Assembly: GCF_963921235.1 (NCBI RefSeq)
Contig: NC_086118.1
Coordinates: 20,524,001 to 20,588,000, forward strand
DNA length: 64,000 nt
Origin: Mobula hypostoma
Taxonomy: Eukaryota
Direction: 5' to 3'
Numbering within the stretch: position 1 is the first letter of the stretch; the number at the start of each line of letters is the position of its first letter. Below, piece by piece: positions 25,401 through 40,254 of the stretch. A program made the translations under genes and the position numbers. The notes below the pieces were generated by a model. That model was not told the DNA's origin and ran no database searches. It saw only the letters and a program-made list of their open reading frames with translations.

Positions 25401-26444
25401 TTATAAAGAGTTACTCAACCCAATCCCATCTTCCAGCATTAGGTATTGTGCTGCAGGTCACCGCTTCACAGATCTCTGGCTGAAAAGATTTTCATCTCCT
25501 TTCTAATCATTTTACCCATTAGTTTTCATACATGTCAAATTGCTTTTGTCACTCTGTTGAGGGAAATAGGTTCTTCCTGCTTTAATCTATTTAAGGGCCT
25601 CACAAATTTATACACCTCCAATAAATCTCCTCAGACCCCTGTGCAAAGAAAACTTTCCTTATAGCTAGAATTTTGTAGCCCTGACAACATCCTCAGATCT
25701 TCTATCTCATGTTGCTCCTATAGTGTGGTGACCCAATGTCTAGACAAGCAGAGATCAACTGTTGTAGGCATTTCTAGCAGAAACTCACTGCTCTTGTATT
25801 CTATCCCTCGGGTTAATAAAAAAGCAACATGTATGCCTCTTAAACCATATTATTGACCTGTCCTGCTTATTACAGATCAGTGAATATACACTCCAAGGTC
25901 TCCTATTCACTCTACATCACAATAACCTGCCACTTAGAATGTATTCCTTCCCTTGTTACACTTTCAAAAGCACTACTTTGCACTTTTCTGATTAGTTTCC
26001 ATTTGTTACTTTTCTATCTGACTGACAAGACCATTTGTATCATCCGAGTATCTGAAGCCTTCTTCCTCTCTAACAAATTAAATCTTAACCCAACACTCTC
26101 CTTTGGATCCCACAGGCTTTTGCGTTATTGACTAGCTTGCCATGTCAGACCTAGGCAAAAGCCTTGCTTACTTATCAGAAACTACACAATCATTATCTTA
26201 CCCCATTGTTATGTTTCATCAAGTTAGCTTGACTTGAACTTTCATTAATAAGTGGCAGTCTATGTTGGTTTAATGTTTCTTTAAGAACTGATTCCAATAT
26301 TTTTCCTACCACCATGGTTAAACCAACCAGCCTGGAATATTTGTTAGTTAAAATGTAAAGTAAGGGTACAACACCAGAAATCCAATCCTCTGGCCCCACT
26401 CTTCTATCCAGGAAGGAGTGAAAAATAACAAGCGTGCAGTATAA

Positions 26445-27830
26445 CACAAATGCTGGAGGAACTCAGCAGGTCAGGAAGCATCTATGGAGAAGAACGAACA
26501 GTTGATGCTTCAGGCTGAGGCCCTTCATCAGGACTGGCAAGGAAGAGAAAAGAAGCCAGAATAGGGAGGTAGGGGTAGGATACAAGCTGATAGGTATTAG
26601 GTAAACCCAGGTGAGGGAAGGAAGAAAGAAACTGGGAATTGATAGGTGGAAGAAGCAAAAGGCTAAAGAAGGAATCTTATAGAAAAAGACAGCAGACCAG
26701 AAAGGGAAGAAATAGAGGAACCCGGGGAAGGTGATGGGCAGGTGAGAAGAGAAGGGGTGAGAGGGGAACCAGAATGTGGAAAGAGGGGTGGGGAGAGAAA
26801 TCATCGTGAGTTATAGAGAAATGGATATGCATGCTGTCGGGTTGGAGGCCTCCCGGACAGAATGCAAGGCACCGTCCCCCTCAACCCGAATGGCCTCACT
26901 GTGGCAGCAGAGGAGGTCATGGACCAACAAGCTGGCATGGGAGCAAGAATTAGAATTAAAATGGGTGGCCACCGGGAACTCCCACCTATTGTGGTGGACA
27001 GAATGGAGGTGCTCAACAAAGTGGTCCCCCAATCCATGTCGGGTCTCACTGATGAAGAAGAGGCTGCACCGGGAACACAGGATATAGTAGATGACCCTGA
27101 CAGTCCTGCAAGTGAAGTGCTCCCCGGAAGGACTGTTTGGGGCCCTGAATGGTGATGAGGGAGGAGGTGAAGGGGCATTTATAGCACCCATCCCACTTGT
27201 AGGGACAAGAACCAGGAGCAAGATCAGTGGGGAGGGACGAATTGACAAGGGAGTAATGGAAAGAGCAATCTCTATGTAAAACAGTGTTTACTGGTAGGAT
27301 CCTGCTGAAGATGGTGGAGATTGTGAAGAATGATGTGCTGGATGTGGAGGCTTGTGACAAGGGTAAGGGAACTCGATTCCTGCTTCAGCAATGGGAAGAT
27401 GAGGTAAGTCCAGGAAATGGAGGAGATGCAGGTGAGGGCAGCATCAAAGGCAGAGGAAGAGAAACCCATTCTCTGAAGGAAGATGACACCTCAGATGTTC
27501 TGGAATGTCAAGTCTCATCCTGAGAACAGACGGAGAAACTGAGAAAAGGGAATAACATTTTTACATGTGAAAGAGTGGGAAGAGGTATCATCAAGATAGC
27601 TGAGAGTTAGAAGGTTTTAAACAGCCTGTCTCCAGAGATGAAGACAGAAATTGAGAAAGGGGAGAGATGAAACAGATGGATGAAGAGAATTTGATGGCAG
27701 GGTAGAAATTGGAGGTAAAGTTGATGAAATTCACACACTCAGCATGGGTGCAAGGAGCAGCACCAATGTAGTCATCAGTGTAGCTCAGAAAGTCTTGGAG
27801 AGCATTTTCAGTGAAGGCTTGGAGTGTGGA
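26445..27830 (-). mobile_element. Penelope-like element fragment (GIY-YIG endonuclease region plus terminal repeat)
   Basis: VIYYILCSRCSLFFISETRHGLGDHFVEH...VATHFNS is a decayed GIY-YIG signature; adjacent repeat GCTGGAGGAACTCAGCAGG recurs many times in the window. Confidence 0.8.
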
Positions 27831-28305
27831 CCCAAAAAATAACCTACCAAATCATACCAAACAACACATAAAACCTAAAATAACACTAACATATAGTAAA
27901 AGCAGGAATGATAAGTACACAGCCTATAGAAAGTAGAAGTAATGTATGTACAGTGTAGTCGGGAAGATTAAGCCAAAACCGATTTGTGGGGGGAGAAAAA
28001 AAATTGGCACGTACACGCATGCGCACGTCACACATGTGCACACAGGTGCCCGCGCAAGGCTTCATGGTCATGGTAGTCTTCCTCGGGGTAAACACGTGTC
28101 CTGTATTTGACTGCTACTTTTGTCCCTTATTTGGGAGTGAGAAAGTTGGCAACCTTAACTGTAAAAGACATGTTGAGGTGAGTTTAACCCTACTGAACAG
28201 CAACACCCCCCCCCCCACACACACACCCAACCCCGGTCGGCCGGTTCGCAAGAGTATTGTCAATATTAAACCGATCTGCGGTGCAAAAAAGGTTGGGGAT
28301 CCCTG
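27831..28305. mobile_element. Truncated non-autonomous hAT relative
   Basis: The last about 70 bp are the reverse complement of the 17343 hAT terminus (CAGGGATCCCCAACCTTTTTTGCACCGCAGATCGGTTTAATATTGAC); second end not found. Confidence 0.65.
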
Positions 28306-28927
28306 ACCTACTAGCTAGTTTCTTTTGCCTCTCCCCGCCTTTTTTTTTAATTCTGGCACCCTTCCCCTTCCTTCTCAGTTCTGAAGGGTCTCTGCCCAAA
28401 ATATCGACTTTTTTTATTCTTTTACAGATACTGCCCAACTTGCTGAGTTCCTCCAGCACATTTTGTGTGTGTTAGTTTGAATCTGTATTACATTGACTTC
28501 TAGTGGAACTACACAATCTGACACTCATAGACGGAATGCTTATTATAACCACAGATGTTAAACCTGGAAAAATCTATGATTAAGAAATTTACAGGAAGGT
28601 TATGAAATTCATTGCACTTTCCCCCTCACCCAATGATTTGTGCATCTTCATATTCTTTTCAATCTTATTTATTCAATGAACTGCATTTTCATCAAAAATG
28701 CATATTTGTCTTTAATGTAGTTAAATTTGCAATTTCGTAACCTTTCCATAAATTTCTTAATCGTAATCTTTGTCATCAAATAAACTAAAGCTAAATAGTG
28801 GCTGTAAATAGAGCATTGTTTTCTTGAGAATTCAATTAAACAAGAATTTTAGGTTTGCAATGCATAATGAAATATGAAAGCAAATTAATACACTAAATTG
28901 CAAGGGCAATTAAATTCCAACAGTTAC

Positions 28928-29015
28928 CTGTCTCTCCGTAGTTTGACAGCTTTGACCTCTGTAGAAAATTCAATTTCAATAACAGTTTTCTTCTTCAAAT
29001 CATCCCATATCATCA
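28928..29015 (-). CDS. WDR45B: WDR45B coding exon 4 (88 nt)
   Basis: [30 protein letters not shown]; ttttgcAG acceptor, GTAACT donor. Confidence 0.97.
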
Positions 29016-29469
29016 CTGCAAAATACCACAATGATTCAGCATTCTCTCTCAATATGAAAAACTATGCAAAATGTATTCAATAAAACTGTAACCTTCGCCG
29101 ATGGCTTTATATAAGTGGCACAATACTCCACAATGGGACGGATAATTTGACAAACGTTAACAGAAAGCATTTTGAAAAAGGCAAATTTTCTTTGGAGAAA
29201 ACTATTCTATGACCTCTTAGCAGAGTATGTTTAAGGAAAAATGCACTGCCCAATGAATATCCAAGTACAAATGATAATTATAGACATTATACTCCATAAC
29301 TGGTCGAAATAATTGCAAGACATTCTGTCCCTGCCAATCCTTTATGTATATACAAAAGAACTTTCAGACAAAAAAAACAATCCTTGAATGAATGGGAAAA
29401 TTTAGAAGTTACTGTCAGCTATATCGCTTAACTTTGGTTTGGCTTTGAGGGGCAGGTTGTGCCTCATGA

Positions 29470-30700
29470 ATCCAACTGGGTTTTGAGAAGGCGATAAAAC
29501 ACATTGAGGGTAGAGTGGTAGATGTGCCGTATATGGATTTTAGCAAGGCATTTGACAAGCTTCCCCATAGTAGGCTCATCCAGAAAGTCATGATATGAAA
29601 ACCAAACTGCGGGGATTTGGAATTGGTTTGCCTACAGAAGGCAGAGAGTGATAGTAGATGGAGTGTATTCTGTCTGGAGATCGGTGAAAAGTGGTGTACT
29701 GCAGCGATCTGTTCCGGGAACCTGCTCTAAATGATTTTTATAAGTGACTTGGATAAGCAAGTTCAGAGGACAGTTAGTAAATTTACAGATAATGTGAAAG
29801 TTGGAGGTGTCATGAATAACATAGAATGCAATTATACATTACAACAGGATAAATACAGAATGCAGAAATGGGAGAAGTGACAGATTAAGGTCAATCCAGA
29901 AAGGAGAGAAGTAATATACTTTGGAAGATCAAACCTGAAGGCAGAACACCATGTTATGGCAGGATTCTTAACAGTGTAGAAAAACAGAGGGATCTTGAGG
30001 TCCAAGTCCATAGATCCCTCAAAATTGCTGCTCAAGTTGATAAGGTGGTTAAGAAGTATATGGTGTGCTGGTCTTCATTTGTCATGATATTGACTTCAAG
30101 TGCCGTGAGGTAATGTTGCAGCTCCATAAAACTCTGTTGAACACACTTGGGAGTATTGTGTTCAATCTGATCACCACATTATAGGAACTATGTGGAAGCC
30201 TTATAAAGGAGATTTACCAGGATGCTGCCTGGATTAGAGAATGTCTTATGAGGACAGGTTGAGTAAGCTTGGGCTTTTCTCTTTGGAGCAAAGGAGGATG
30301 ACAGGCAATTAATCTAACTTAGAAATCAGAGGCAACTTAGAAGCATATAAAACTATTCTGGATTGGGTGTTATACAATGAACCAGAGTTGATTAGAGCGC
30401 TCATAGTAAAAGAACCCTTAGAGGCAAGTGATCATAATATAATCGAAATCACCTCAAATTTGGGAAGGCGAAGCGAAAGTCAGATGTATTTGTATTACAG
30501 TGGAGTAAAGGGAATAACAGAGGCATGAGAGAGGAATTTGCCAGAATTGATTGGAAAAGAACACTGGCAGGGATGATGGCACAGCAGCAATGGCTGGAAC
30601 TTCTGGAATCAAGTCTGAAGACAAAGGATATATACATCCCCAAAGAGGAAGAAATATTCTAAAGGCAAGACGGCACAACCATAGCGAACAAGAGAAGTCA
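29470..30700 (+). mobile_element. Degraded CR1 fragments
   Basis: YMDFSKAFDKLPH and RRFTRMLPGL remnants, followed by a separate endonuclease-region fragment. Confidence 0.7.
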
Positions 30701-31390
30701 CAGTCTAATTTGCAGACTTGGGCTGTCTTGCTTGCCTCTGTCTTTCCAGGTAATACCAGACAGCTTTGATGTTGAGATCAGGGCTTGGTGGAGGCCATCC
30801 TAAATGTGAATAAACCAGTTGTTCATCTGAACACTTTAAAGATCAGCTCTAACTGGGAATAATGAGCTATTCAATTATAGCAAGAAGCGGCCATCCTGAC
30901 TATTTATGTGCCAGCCTCCAGCAGAGCAATCCCACCAATCCTATTCCCCCACTCCATATTTCTTTGTGGTTTATTACTGTTTTCTCTCCCAAACTCCCCA
31001 TAGGATTCTTTTCAACTTGCATTCACGAAGGTTATTTACATTTGGGATGTGCGAGGACAACAGAATGCCCAACAGAACCCCGACCCCCCCAATGCTCAAG
31101 ATTGGACCTGGACCAGAAACCACTGGAGCTACGGCATCCACAGTGATAGGGTTTAATGCAAACAGTAACTTTACAGTGCCTGCTTCTCCAATTAATGACT
31201 TGGCAGAGCTGGATTCTAAACTAAGTTTGCCAGTTCTGCACCATACTACACCATTGTTCTTGCCAAATTAATGACATGGATGAGGTCACAAACCAGCTTT
31301 CCAAGGCTTTCAATTAGCAGAAGGTCTTTTGACAAATAATGATTGACTGCTTTAAGGACCAAAATCAAATTTTCACTAAGCACACTATAC

Positions 31391-31492
31391 CTTTATTGGG
31401 AGGATACTTGGGCTTCTTACCACCTCCAACCAAAGCTAAATAATTACATCGAAAAAGCATTTCGACATGACCAACTCCTCCCTCCATAAATT
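31391..31492 (-). CDS. WDR45B: WDR45B coding exon 3 (102 nt)
   Basis: [34 protein letters not shown]; ttttgcAG acceptor, GTATAG donor. Confidence 0.97.
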
Positions 31493-32317
31493 CTGCAAAA
31501 GAAAATGTCACAATTGCCTGAATGCAGACTGGGTGCAATCAACATTACAAAATTACTCAAATGAGTACAGTGCAATCAAAAAAATGTTGGACCTTACCAA
31601 CTAATTATGTTGTGACAATACTTAACACAATACATCATACATGAAAAATTATCTTGGAAAATACTTGCACTCAACTATGAACAAACAAAACAGGCAATCA
31701 AACTGTACTTGCAACAAGTTTCACATGAAATATCAAAAGAATGTACTTGCATTGTCACCATTAGTCATAAAATTTGAAAAGCCCAAGAGGTTTTCATTGG
31801 TAAGCAGTCAGCATTAGATATTAGGAATACCATGTTCCCCTACAAATTGTCTTGTAAATATTTTATTTTGTTAATATTAATATTTATCCAACAGATGGCA
31901 CCTAACAATGAACCGATACAGTTTTGCTCTACAGGTCAACAAGCAACAAATTCATTGTGGTGATATGTACACAATAGCTGAACACCACCTGAAAAACTGA
32001 AAAGAAGACAATGGCGGAGCAAAAAGCACTCTTTGTTGCTATCATTGCCGTTATTTTCAGCCATGGCTGCTAGTAAAAAGTTGTTAAATGGTCTGAACAT
32101 TAGGTCCCACAGTCACTCCAGACTAAAATTCTTTTAACATCATGATCAACTTAGATTTAAAACTTGAACTACCCACTTATACTTTAGATACCAGAGATAG
32201 GATTTCAAAGTCACCCACTTGCAAGTAAAAGAAAATTCAGCACTTAATTTGTCAATTACTCTGATTAAAGCAAAAGTGATCACAAATCTGCATTACCTGA
32301 CGAGCGATACGCCTCAC

Positions 32318-32392
32318 CTTGTTTTTCCTTCTCCTTTAATGGATCAGTGTTATAGACTCGGAATCCATTTTCCATTCCACATGCAAAACAAC
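32318..32392 (-). CDS. WDR45B: WDR45B coding exon 2 (75 nt)
   Basis: [28 protein letters not shown] acceptor, GTGAGG donor; phases fit neighbouring exons. Confidence 0.97.
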
Positions 32393-35300
32393 CTGTCATT
32401 GGGAAAGAACAATGAGGACTTTCACAATTCTTAGTGATGAGGCACACCTTTTTAAAAAAGATTAGCATTACAGTGATGACATTGCAACTCAAGAAAATGG
32501 TGGAACTTGACTTACTCAGGAAATATGTTGTAACTCAGTCTTTTAACAGCATCACTGAGAAGCCTTCTCAATTTCACAAGTTATAGAAGAAATGGAATAA
32601 TTTGTTTAAAAATGCTAAGATTCTTATAAGTATAACACATTGTACAAGTGATGCACGTCTTCTAACAAACTTTAACTTATAGGTCAACTGGCCAAGGCGT
32701 AGGTCAGTGGCAGAAGGGGAGTGATGTAAAGCTGATGAAAGGGAGAACAACATTAGTGTCTTCGATGGTTGCTGAAGAGATAGTGAGTCAATGGACCCAG
32801 ATCAGATGGATGGTGAAGATTCTGCAGAATAGTAGAAATAGGAATGGCACAGTACAGTGATTAGCAGAACACTTCACCGTACCAGTGACCAGAATTCAAT
32901 TCCCACTGCTGCCCTGCCTGTGAGGAGTTTGTACATTCTCCCAGTGACCACGTGGGTTTCCTTCGGGTGCTCTGGTTTCCTCCCACATTCCATAGGTTAA
33001 ATGGTCATTGTAATTGTCCCATGATTAGCTGGGATTAAATTGGGGGATTGCTGGGAAAAGGGCCTACTCCACGCTATATGTCTCTATTTTTTCCCCAAAA
33101 AAGTACAACTTCCAGCTTTCAGATCTTGAATTTAGATCAGCATTGGTTTTAGAATAGAAATCTCAAGTGTGTTATGTTGGTCAGGAGAATGCAACATTTG
33201 TTAAATTGGTCAAACTTCAATTCATCTCCAGTTTAAATACCCATCTATTTTCATCTCACTCTCACACTAGAATGTAGAACACTCCCTTCATTGCTACAAA
33301 GAGTGTTTAACTGAAAGGCAAAGCAGGCCTATATAACTGAGTATCCTACTCCTGTTCATATAATTTATTACACCAAGGAAAAAGTATCATATACTTCAGT
33401 TTAGACCAATTAGAAGGACATTTTATACATTTAGGGGAATACATGTTAAACAGGATTCTGACTTGGTGTTCAGTCATAATCCCATGGATAGCAGTTTCAC
33501 ACCTTCAGCTCCTCGGCCAAGCATATGCATCAAAATGTCTATATGCACAGTATAAAGATACTGGGCAATTCCTGGAATGGTGAGGTTGTTCTTTAGGAAA
33601 GTTTGAGCAAGCTAGACTCATACCCACTGAAGATTAAAAGAGAACTTGATTGAAACATACAAGATGCTGAGGCGTCTTGTCCGGTGAAGATGCTTAACAT
33701 GTTTCCTCATATGGGTGAACCCCAGAAGTCGCTGCTCATAAGGGGTGGCCTTACTAAGGCAGAAAGGGCAGTTTCCTTCAGATTCAGAGGATTTTGGAAC
33801 TGTCTTCAAAGAACAGTAGGAGAATCTTTAACATTTTTACAGCACAGCTAGATAGACACTTGATAAACAAAATGGTGAAGGATTAATGCAGCTAGACAGC
33901 AATGTTGAGCTTACTTGCAACTATGATCTTCAGAAATACAACAGCAAGCTTAAGTGGCCAATTATTCACCTTTCTTTGCCAAGTACCACTGCATAGATCA
34001 GAGGTGCACAGAGCCCTGGGCCACATACAAATGATGCCTTTGCCCTTCTATATCACCCTGTTCATACGATTATGCCAGAACCACACATTAGAATCCATGA
34101 TATTGCCACATGCTTGCTCAGTGGGACAATAGCCCAGAAGTTATATTCAGACATTTCTTATTAAAACCAAGCATGAAGATTAATTAAGTTTGAAGTCAAG
34201 AAGTTGCTTTCAATTAAAAGCCATCCTATAGTCCTAAAGCCTACAATTGTATTGTTGTTGATCTCAGGTCTATTAAGAAGTCTTTGATTACAATCCCTGA
34301 TATCTAACAACATCCTCTAAAATCAAGACAACTATCCATGAAGTTTTGGGTCAAGTTTCCAGATGCAAACTACATGCTTTTATACCAACAAGGAGGAACA
34401 GGGTTGCTATCTTCACCCTATAAAATCATCTTTGCAATTATTTATTTTGCATTACTTAACAACAATGCAAAATCATTAAGGCTTTTCACAGGAACACAAA
34501 GTGAACAATTCAAACGAGCAGATGATGAAGCACTGAGAATAGGGCTTGCAGTAGGGCATTAAGAAAGCAGGGCCAAGGGAACTGAAGCAATCTCCAGCAA
34601 GTGAAACAAAGTTGCACAAAAGGAGGCCAGATTTGAAGGAATTTGCAGTTAGAGAGATAGAGAAGCGGGTGAGAAAAATGTCTATGATTCTAAAATAAAC
34701 TCACTGCCACAAGAGTAATTATTGAGTGACTAACGAGTATTGGTGCATAGAACATAGTCAGGTTTAGGAGGATGAGTGGTGAACCAACTATTTGGCATCT
34801 ATGCTTTCAGACACATCTTAGCATCTACACACCAGTGAAGACAAATTCTAGAACTTGGAGGAATGCTATTCTCTGGTTTGATGCAAAAATATTTCAACAA
34901 ATACCATGCATGAGAGATTCAGATTCTTTAGTTATTCCATGACAAATTCACAGCACGATTTATTAAAGAAAATCAGAGCCTGCCACTACAACATAGCAGG
35001 CAGCTTTCCTGATAAGGGTGATTATTGATCAAATTGATTTTTTGCAAATATTAAAAAATCCAGGCTTTACCTTCAGCTAAAAAAAATGACACACTGCAGA
35101 TCAAAGAAAATTAAGCATAATAGATCTAGGTGACATCCGTGGAATGGATTTTGCCTTTGACATTCTGCTTTGTTATTGCCCAAAGGGATCATTGAGTACT
35201 CTGCTTGCTGTTCTATCAATTAAAACTCAATCATCCTCAAGAGTTTAAAAAGTCTGATTTTCTGTCATCATATTTAACAGAAGGGAAAAGTGGACAGTCA

Positions 35301-38300
35301 AAATGACAGTGAAATTTAAAACAAACTCTAAAACATTTTACAAATATGTAATTTTAAAATAACGGAGAAAACTGCACTGGTTTTCAGGAACAAAGGCTGC
35401 ACAGCGACAATATTGATCTTGAGCTCCTCAGTTGATTAGAACTTGTTAACAAAGCTCAACCTTTCATTTTTTTTCAAAAAAAGACATTTTTTTTTCAGAA
35501 CAGTGAAAATCTTGAGCAAGTTATTGAAATTGTCACTTGAACAAAAACAATCTGCAAGGACTTGAACAGGTCATCACTGATGCCATTGCCTGCATTTGTA
35601 TATTTAATTATGCATGTGCAGTAGCCACAAATTCTCCTTCATAGTGTTATGATTGCCAGTGCTGATAGCTTCACCACTCTAATTACAACATCTCAGACCT
35701 GGTGGCATTGTTTATAGCTTTAATGCCCTGTAGCTTCCATACATGGAACATTGGAAGGTAGACAAGTCCATTTTCTACAGCTACAATATTAACACTATCA
35801 CAAGAGACTGATTTTGTAATAAAGCAATGCAGGTACCAGATTTTAGAATGGATGTCAACATGTCTACATTCTGCTAAATACTCCCAGGACAGGATGGTCA
35901 AAATATATCACTGCAGATATCCATTCAATTTTATTTCATCGAAAAAGGTCAATAAAATGACCAGTTTGCATTTACACTATTTGCCTTTAAAACAGCATCT
36001 TTGATGACCTTCAAAAAAAGCAACACCCAGGAGCTTTTCAGGCAAATTATTTTCAAAATGTAATCATGGTTATACCTCAAGAGGGAACACAGTTATACTT
36101 CAAGAGGGGGACCAGATCATTTGAAACAGAATTCATCAACATAGAGAAAATCTAAGGGGCTTGACAGAAGTATAATCAAATTTTTAAAAAACATGACTGG
36201 GCCAAAGGAGGAGTATTTGAAGGCATAGAGTTTAGTTTAAAAGGTTTAGTTCAGGGGAAGTCAATCTGCAGGGAAGTTCTGGAACCAAATGCAAAAGGAA
36301 GTTTGGGAGTTTTTGCCAGAGGTTGCCCATTTCAATCCTAGTTCACATGGTAAAGCTGATCCAAACTTTCTACTTATCATTGGCCCTTTACAGAAATTTG
36401 GATATCCTGTGAGAGAAACTGATATGGACTGTGAGCACCTCTTTATGTTCGAAAGATACATAAAGACTACATTACATCTTGCCATGAAGTCCAGTACCCA
36501 ATGTACAGATTGCATGTTGCTACTGTATTCATCCTTATTTGGATTTCAAGGCCGACTTAGAGAGAGGTTCAGTGATATCAGCTCTGGATCAATTTGTGTT
36601 TGCAAATAGGATTCTGCATTCGTTTCAAGAACTTCCATCAAAACCCATGGGGGAAACATGAATATTGGCAGATCTCACTGTCTTCCAATTTATAGCCCTC
36701 CTCCCCCTCACTTATAAAGGAAGAGGTGAACAGCAAGTTTATTACTGCCCTTTCATGAAGTAGGCAGACAAAAGCACTGCCAAACTTATGCTTAAACCTC
36801 ACACATTTTTAGTCACCATTTCTTAAGGGCACCCTTTTAGGCAAATGACCCAACAGCAAAAGGACTTTGTTGCAGTACATAACCCACATTAACATGCTTG
36901 TATTTCAACACATAACAGATCTTATCATGCACGTCATTGTGAATTCAAGCTCAGGAAATGATTCACAATACGACATATTAGCTAACATAGATTACTGCTT
37001 TTTAAATAGTGTTGCTGATTTAGCAAATGCATCTTTAAGTAAGACTGGGTAGTTACTTCCTCCCATAGTTTGTCGGTCTACTTTTTCCCATTCCAAGTGC
37101 GCGGACTTTCTGCTTACATTCAGGGAAACAAATTAGACAGTAGTAAATTAGTAGAGACTATATCTAACTCTTCTCACAATTTATGGATGTATTAAAATCC
37201 CTGTCATTAGGATATATTACCCCTCTAATTTCAGCCATATCCTTTTGATTTGCCTTTTAATAGTATTGGCAAAAATAATCATTTTCTTCTACACTACTGT
37301 ACAATGTAAGTATAATGCATTTTGTTGAAATTTCTGCTTCAAGTTCTCTCAATTGTTTAACAGCAGCTTCAATTAGCATCTAGGCCCGAACCACCTTAGC
37401 CTGCTTGGAATAATCTTTTAACACTTTATCCTATTCCTTCAAATTAAACCAAAGGACATAGGAATGTAGAATGCCCCCATGATAGAAATCAAACCCTTTA
37501 GCACCAGCTACAAGTCATGGACCCTCTAAAACAGCACCAATCTAAAACCAGCCAGTTTAATAACCCAAGCAAGAATGTCATGCCTAAATTCAAATTTAAA
37601 ACCAAAAATACAAGGTCATGAATAGATTCAAAGATAGATCAAGGGCCAGGTTTCACAGTAAATAATGGTGAAATTACTAGTAAAGTGGACAGCAACAAGT
37701 TGTGCTTGTACATGGTAGTTAATCATTAAGTTGCTGCCCTGACTATTCAAACTAAATGCTTTTTAGTTTAGACTCAGACCAAAGAATTAAAATACTATGT
37801 TGCACAAATATAATTAGGTACACTGGTCAAAGGATAAGAATTCAAAGTACATTTATTATCAAAGTATGTATAACAGTATACAACCCTGAGAGTTGTCTTC
37901 CCCACAGACAGCCATGAATCTCAGGGTTTTGATCAAAACACAAGCAGAGCTTCATAAGTTCAAACAAACAGATTACAAATATTAACAAGAGGCCAGAAGT
38001 AGCTTTGAGATTATACATAAGCACTCAATACTAAATTAAAGAATCAACAAACCGGTCAAGCTCATCACTAACCTATAAGGAAATATGGTACTATTAAGCT
38101 CCACTGACACTTATTTGTACTTGACATTATTGTAACATGCAGAGTTAAATTAATCCTGAAAAGACATGAGCAATGAGAGATAAAAATAGGAAATGCTGGA
38201 AACACTCAGCACCCATCAAAAGACTAACAGGTAACATGAAGAATCTTCATCAGAACCAACAAGGTGGGGGCTAAGGTTCCTCTATTTAACCCATTTCCAA

Positions 38301-38589
38301 TTCTGACACAGCCTTTAAGACCAAAGTGTTTTTGCGTCAGGTTTACAATATATCTGTTTTTATTTTTACTTTACTATATTTTTACTTTCATGAACGATGA
38401 GAGGTTGGATGAAGAAACAGGACCAGAAGTTAATAAATACATTTTTTAAAAACTCAGGTGTAATTCTTACACGTTACTTTAAGAGCACCCACCAAAGTCT
38501 TATTTCCACATCTTTTCATTCTGTGGTAATGTTCTCCTTTAACAAATAGGATCATATCAAATTTAGGCTCAAAAATCCAAATACCAGAG

Positions 38590-39600
38590 GGATTTCCAGA
38601 AGGCGTTCGATAAGGTGCCGCACAAGAAACTTACAAATAAGATGCGGATGCATGGAGTCAGAGGAAGTTTATTGGCACGGATAGTGGATTGGTTAACCAA
38701 TAGAAGGCAGAGTGTTTCTCCGGTTGGCAGTCAGTGGTGAGTGGGGTGCCGCAGGGGTTGGTGCTGGGCCCGCAACTGTTTACCATTTACAATGATGATT
38801 CAGAAGAGGGGACTGAGTGTAGCATAGCAAAATTTGCTGATGACACTAAACTGAGTGAAAAAGCAAATTGTACAGAGGATGTGGAGAGTCTGTAGAGGGC
38901 TATAGATAGGTTAAGTGAGTGGGCCAAGGTCTGGCAGATGAAATACAACATTGGTAAATGCAAGATCATCCACTTTGGAAGGGAACAATAGAAGAGCAGA
39001 TTATTATTTAAATGGTGAAAGATTGCAGCATGCTGTTGTGCAGAGGGACTTGGGAGTGCTTGTTCATGAATCGCAAAAAGTTGGCTTGCAGGTACAACAG
39101 GTTATTAAGAAGGCAAACGGAATGTTGGCCTTCATTGCTGGAGAGATTGAGCTCAAAAGCAGGGAGGTCATGCTGGTGCACCTGGAGTACTGTGTGCAGT
39201 TCTGGTCTCCATACCTGAGGAAGGATATACTGGCTTTGGAAGAAGTGAAGAGGAGGCTCACCAGGTTAATTCCAGGGATGAAGGGGTTAACCTATGAGGA
39301 GATATGGAGTCACCTGGGACTATACTCTCTGGAATTCAGAAGTATAGAGGGGATCTTATAGAAACATGCAAAACATTGAAAGGGATAGATAAGATAGAAG
39401 TAGGAAAGTTGTTTCCATTGGTAGGTGAGACTAGAACTAGGGGACATTGCCTCAAGATTCAGGGGAGAAGATTTAGGATGGAGATGAGGAGAAACTGCTT
39501 TTCCCAGAGAGTGATGAATCTGCGGAATTTTCTGCCCAGGGAAGTAGTTGAGACTTCTTCACTAAATATATTTAAGGAACAGTTAGATAGATTTCTTATA
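38590..39600 (+). mobile_element. 5'-truncated CR1
   Basis: DFQKAFDKVPH, GVPQG, KFADDTKL, HLEYCVQFWSP and FSQRVMNL motifs. Confidence 0.85.
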
Positions 39601-40254
39601 TTCTTAAATACACAGTCAGTAGCTTCTAAAAACAATAATCAACAACAGCCAGCTTTGGGATTAACTTCCATTATTTGTTATATCTAATTCACCAGAATCA
39701 GAATCCAATTGTAAAAGACTGAAATTCTGAGATTCCACCAATTGTATAATTTACATATTATTATTGGCATAATTTACATATTACTATTTAAGTATTTATG
39801 GTTTTATTACTATTTAATTATTTATGGTGCAACTGTAACGAAAATGAAATTTCCCCTGAGATCAATAAAGTATGACTGTGACCATGACTAATAATGCAAG
39901 AATTTCCAAAGTGCATGCATTTTCTTAACTGTACAGACTTCAGTAGGCATGGGTTAAAGAAATTCTGTTTATCAATGAAAGTTAACTTACTAAGAAGCTG
40001 ATGAGGGAAGACCATTTAAATTAAAAGATAAAACTCTTACATTTTAGATCATCGTTTTCAATGAATTTTAAGGTTTGTCTATTTACAGGTAGTTAATAGG
40101 ACCTTTATTAAGGTGCTTTCTTGATAAACTCACTTTTAAGCCACCTTGAAAAACACTCCATCTGATCCCCATTCAAAGATGTTTTATTGGTGTTTAATAC
40201 ATATACTGTAATATGCCCAATGACTGCAATGATCCATGACAAAAGACTCAATCA

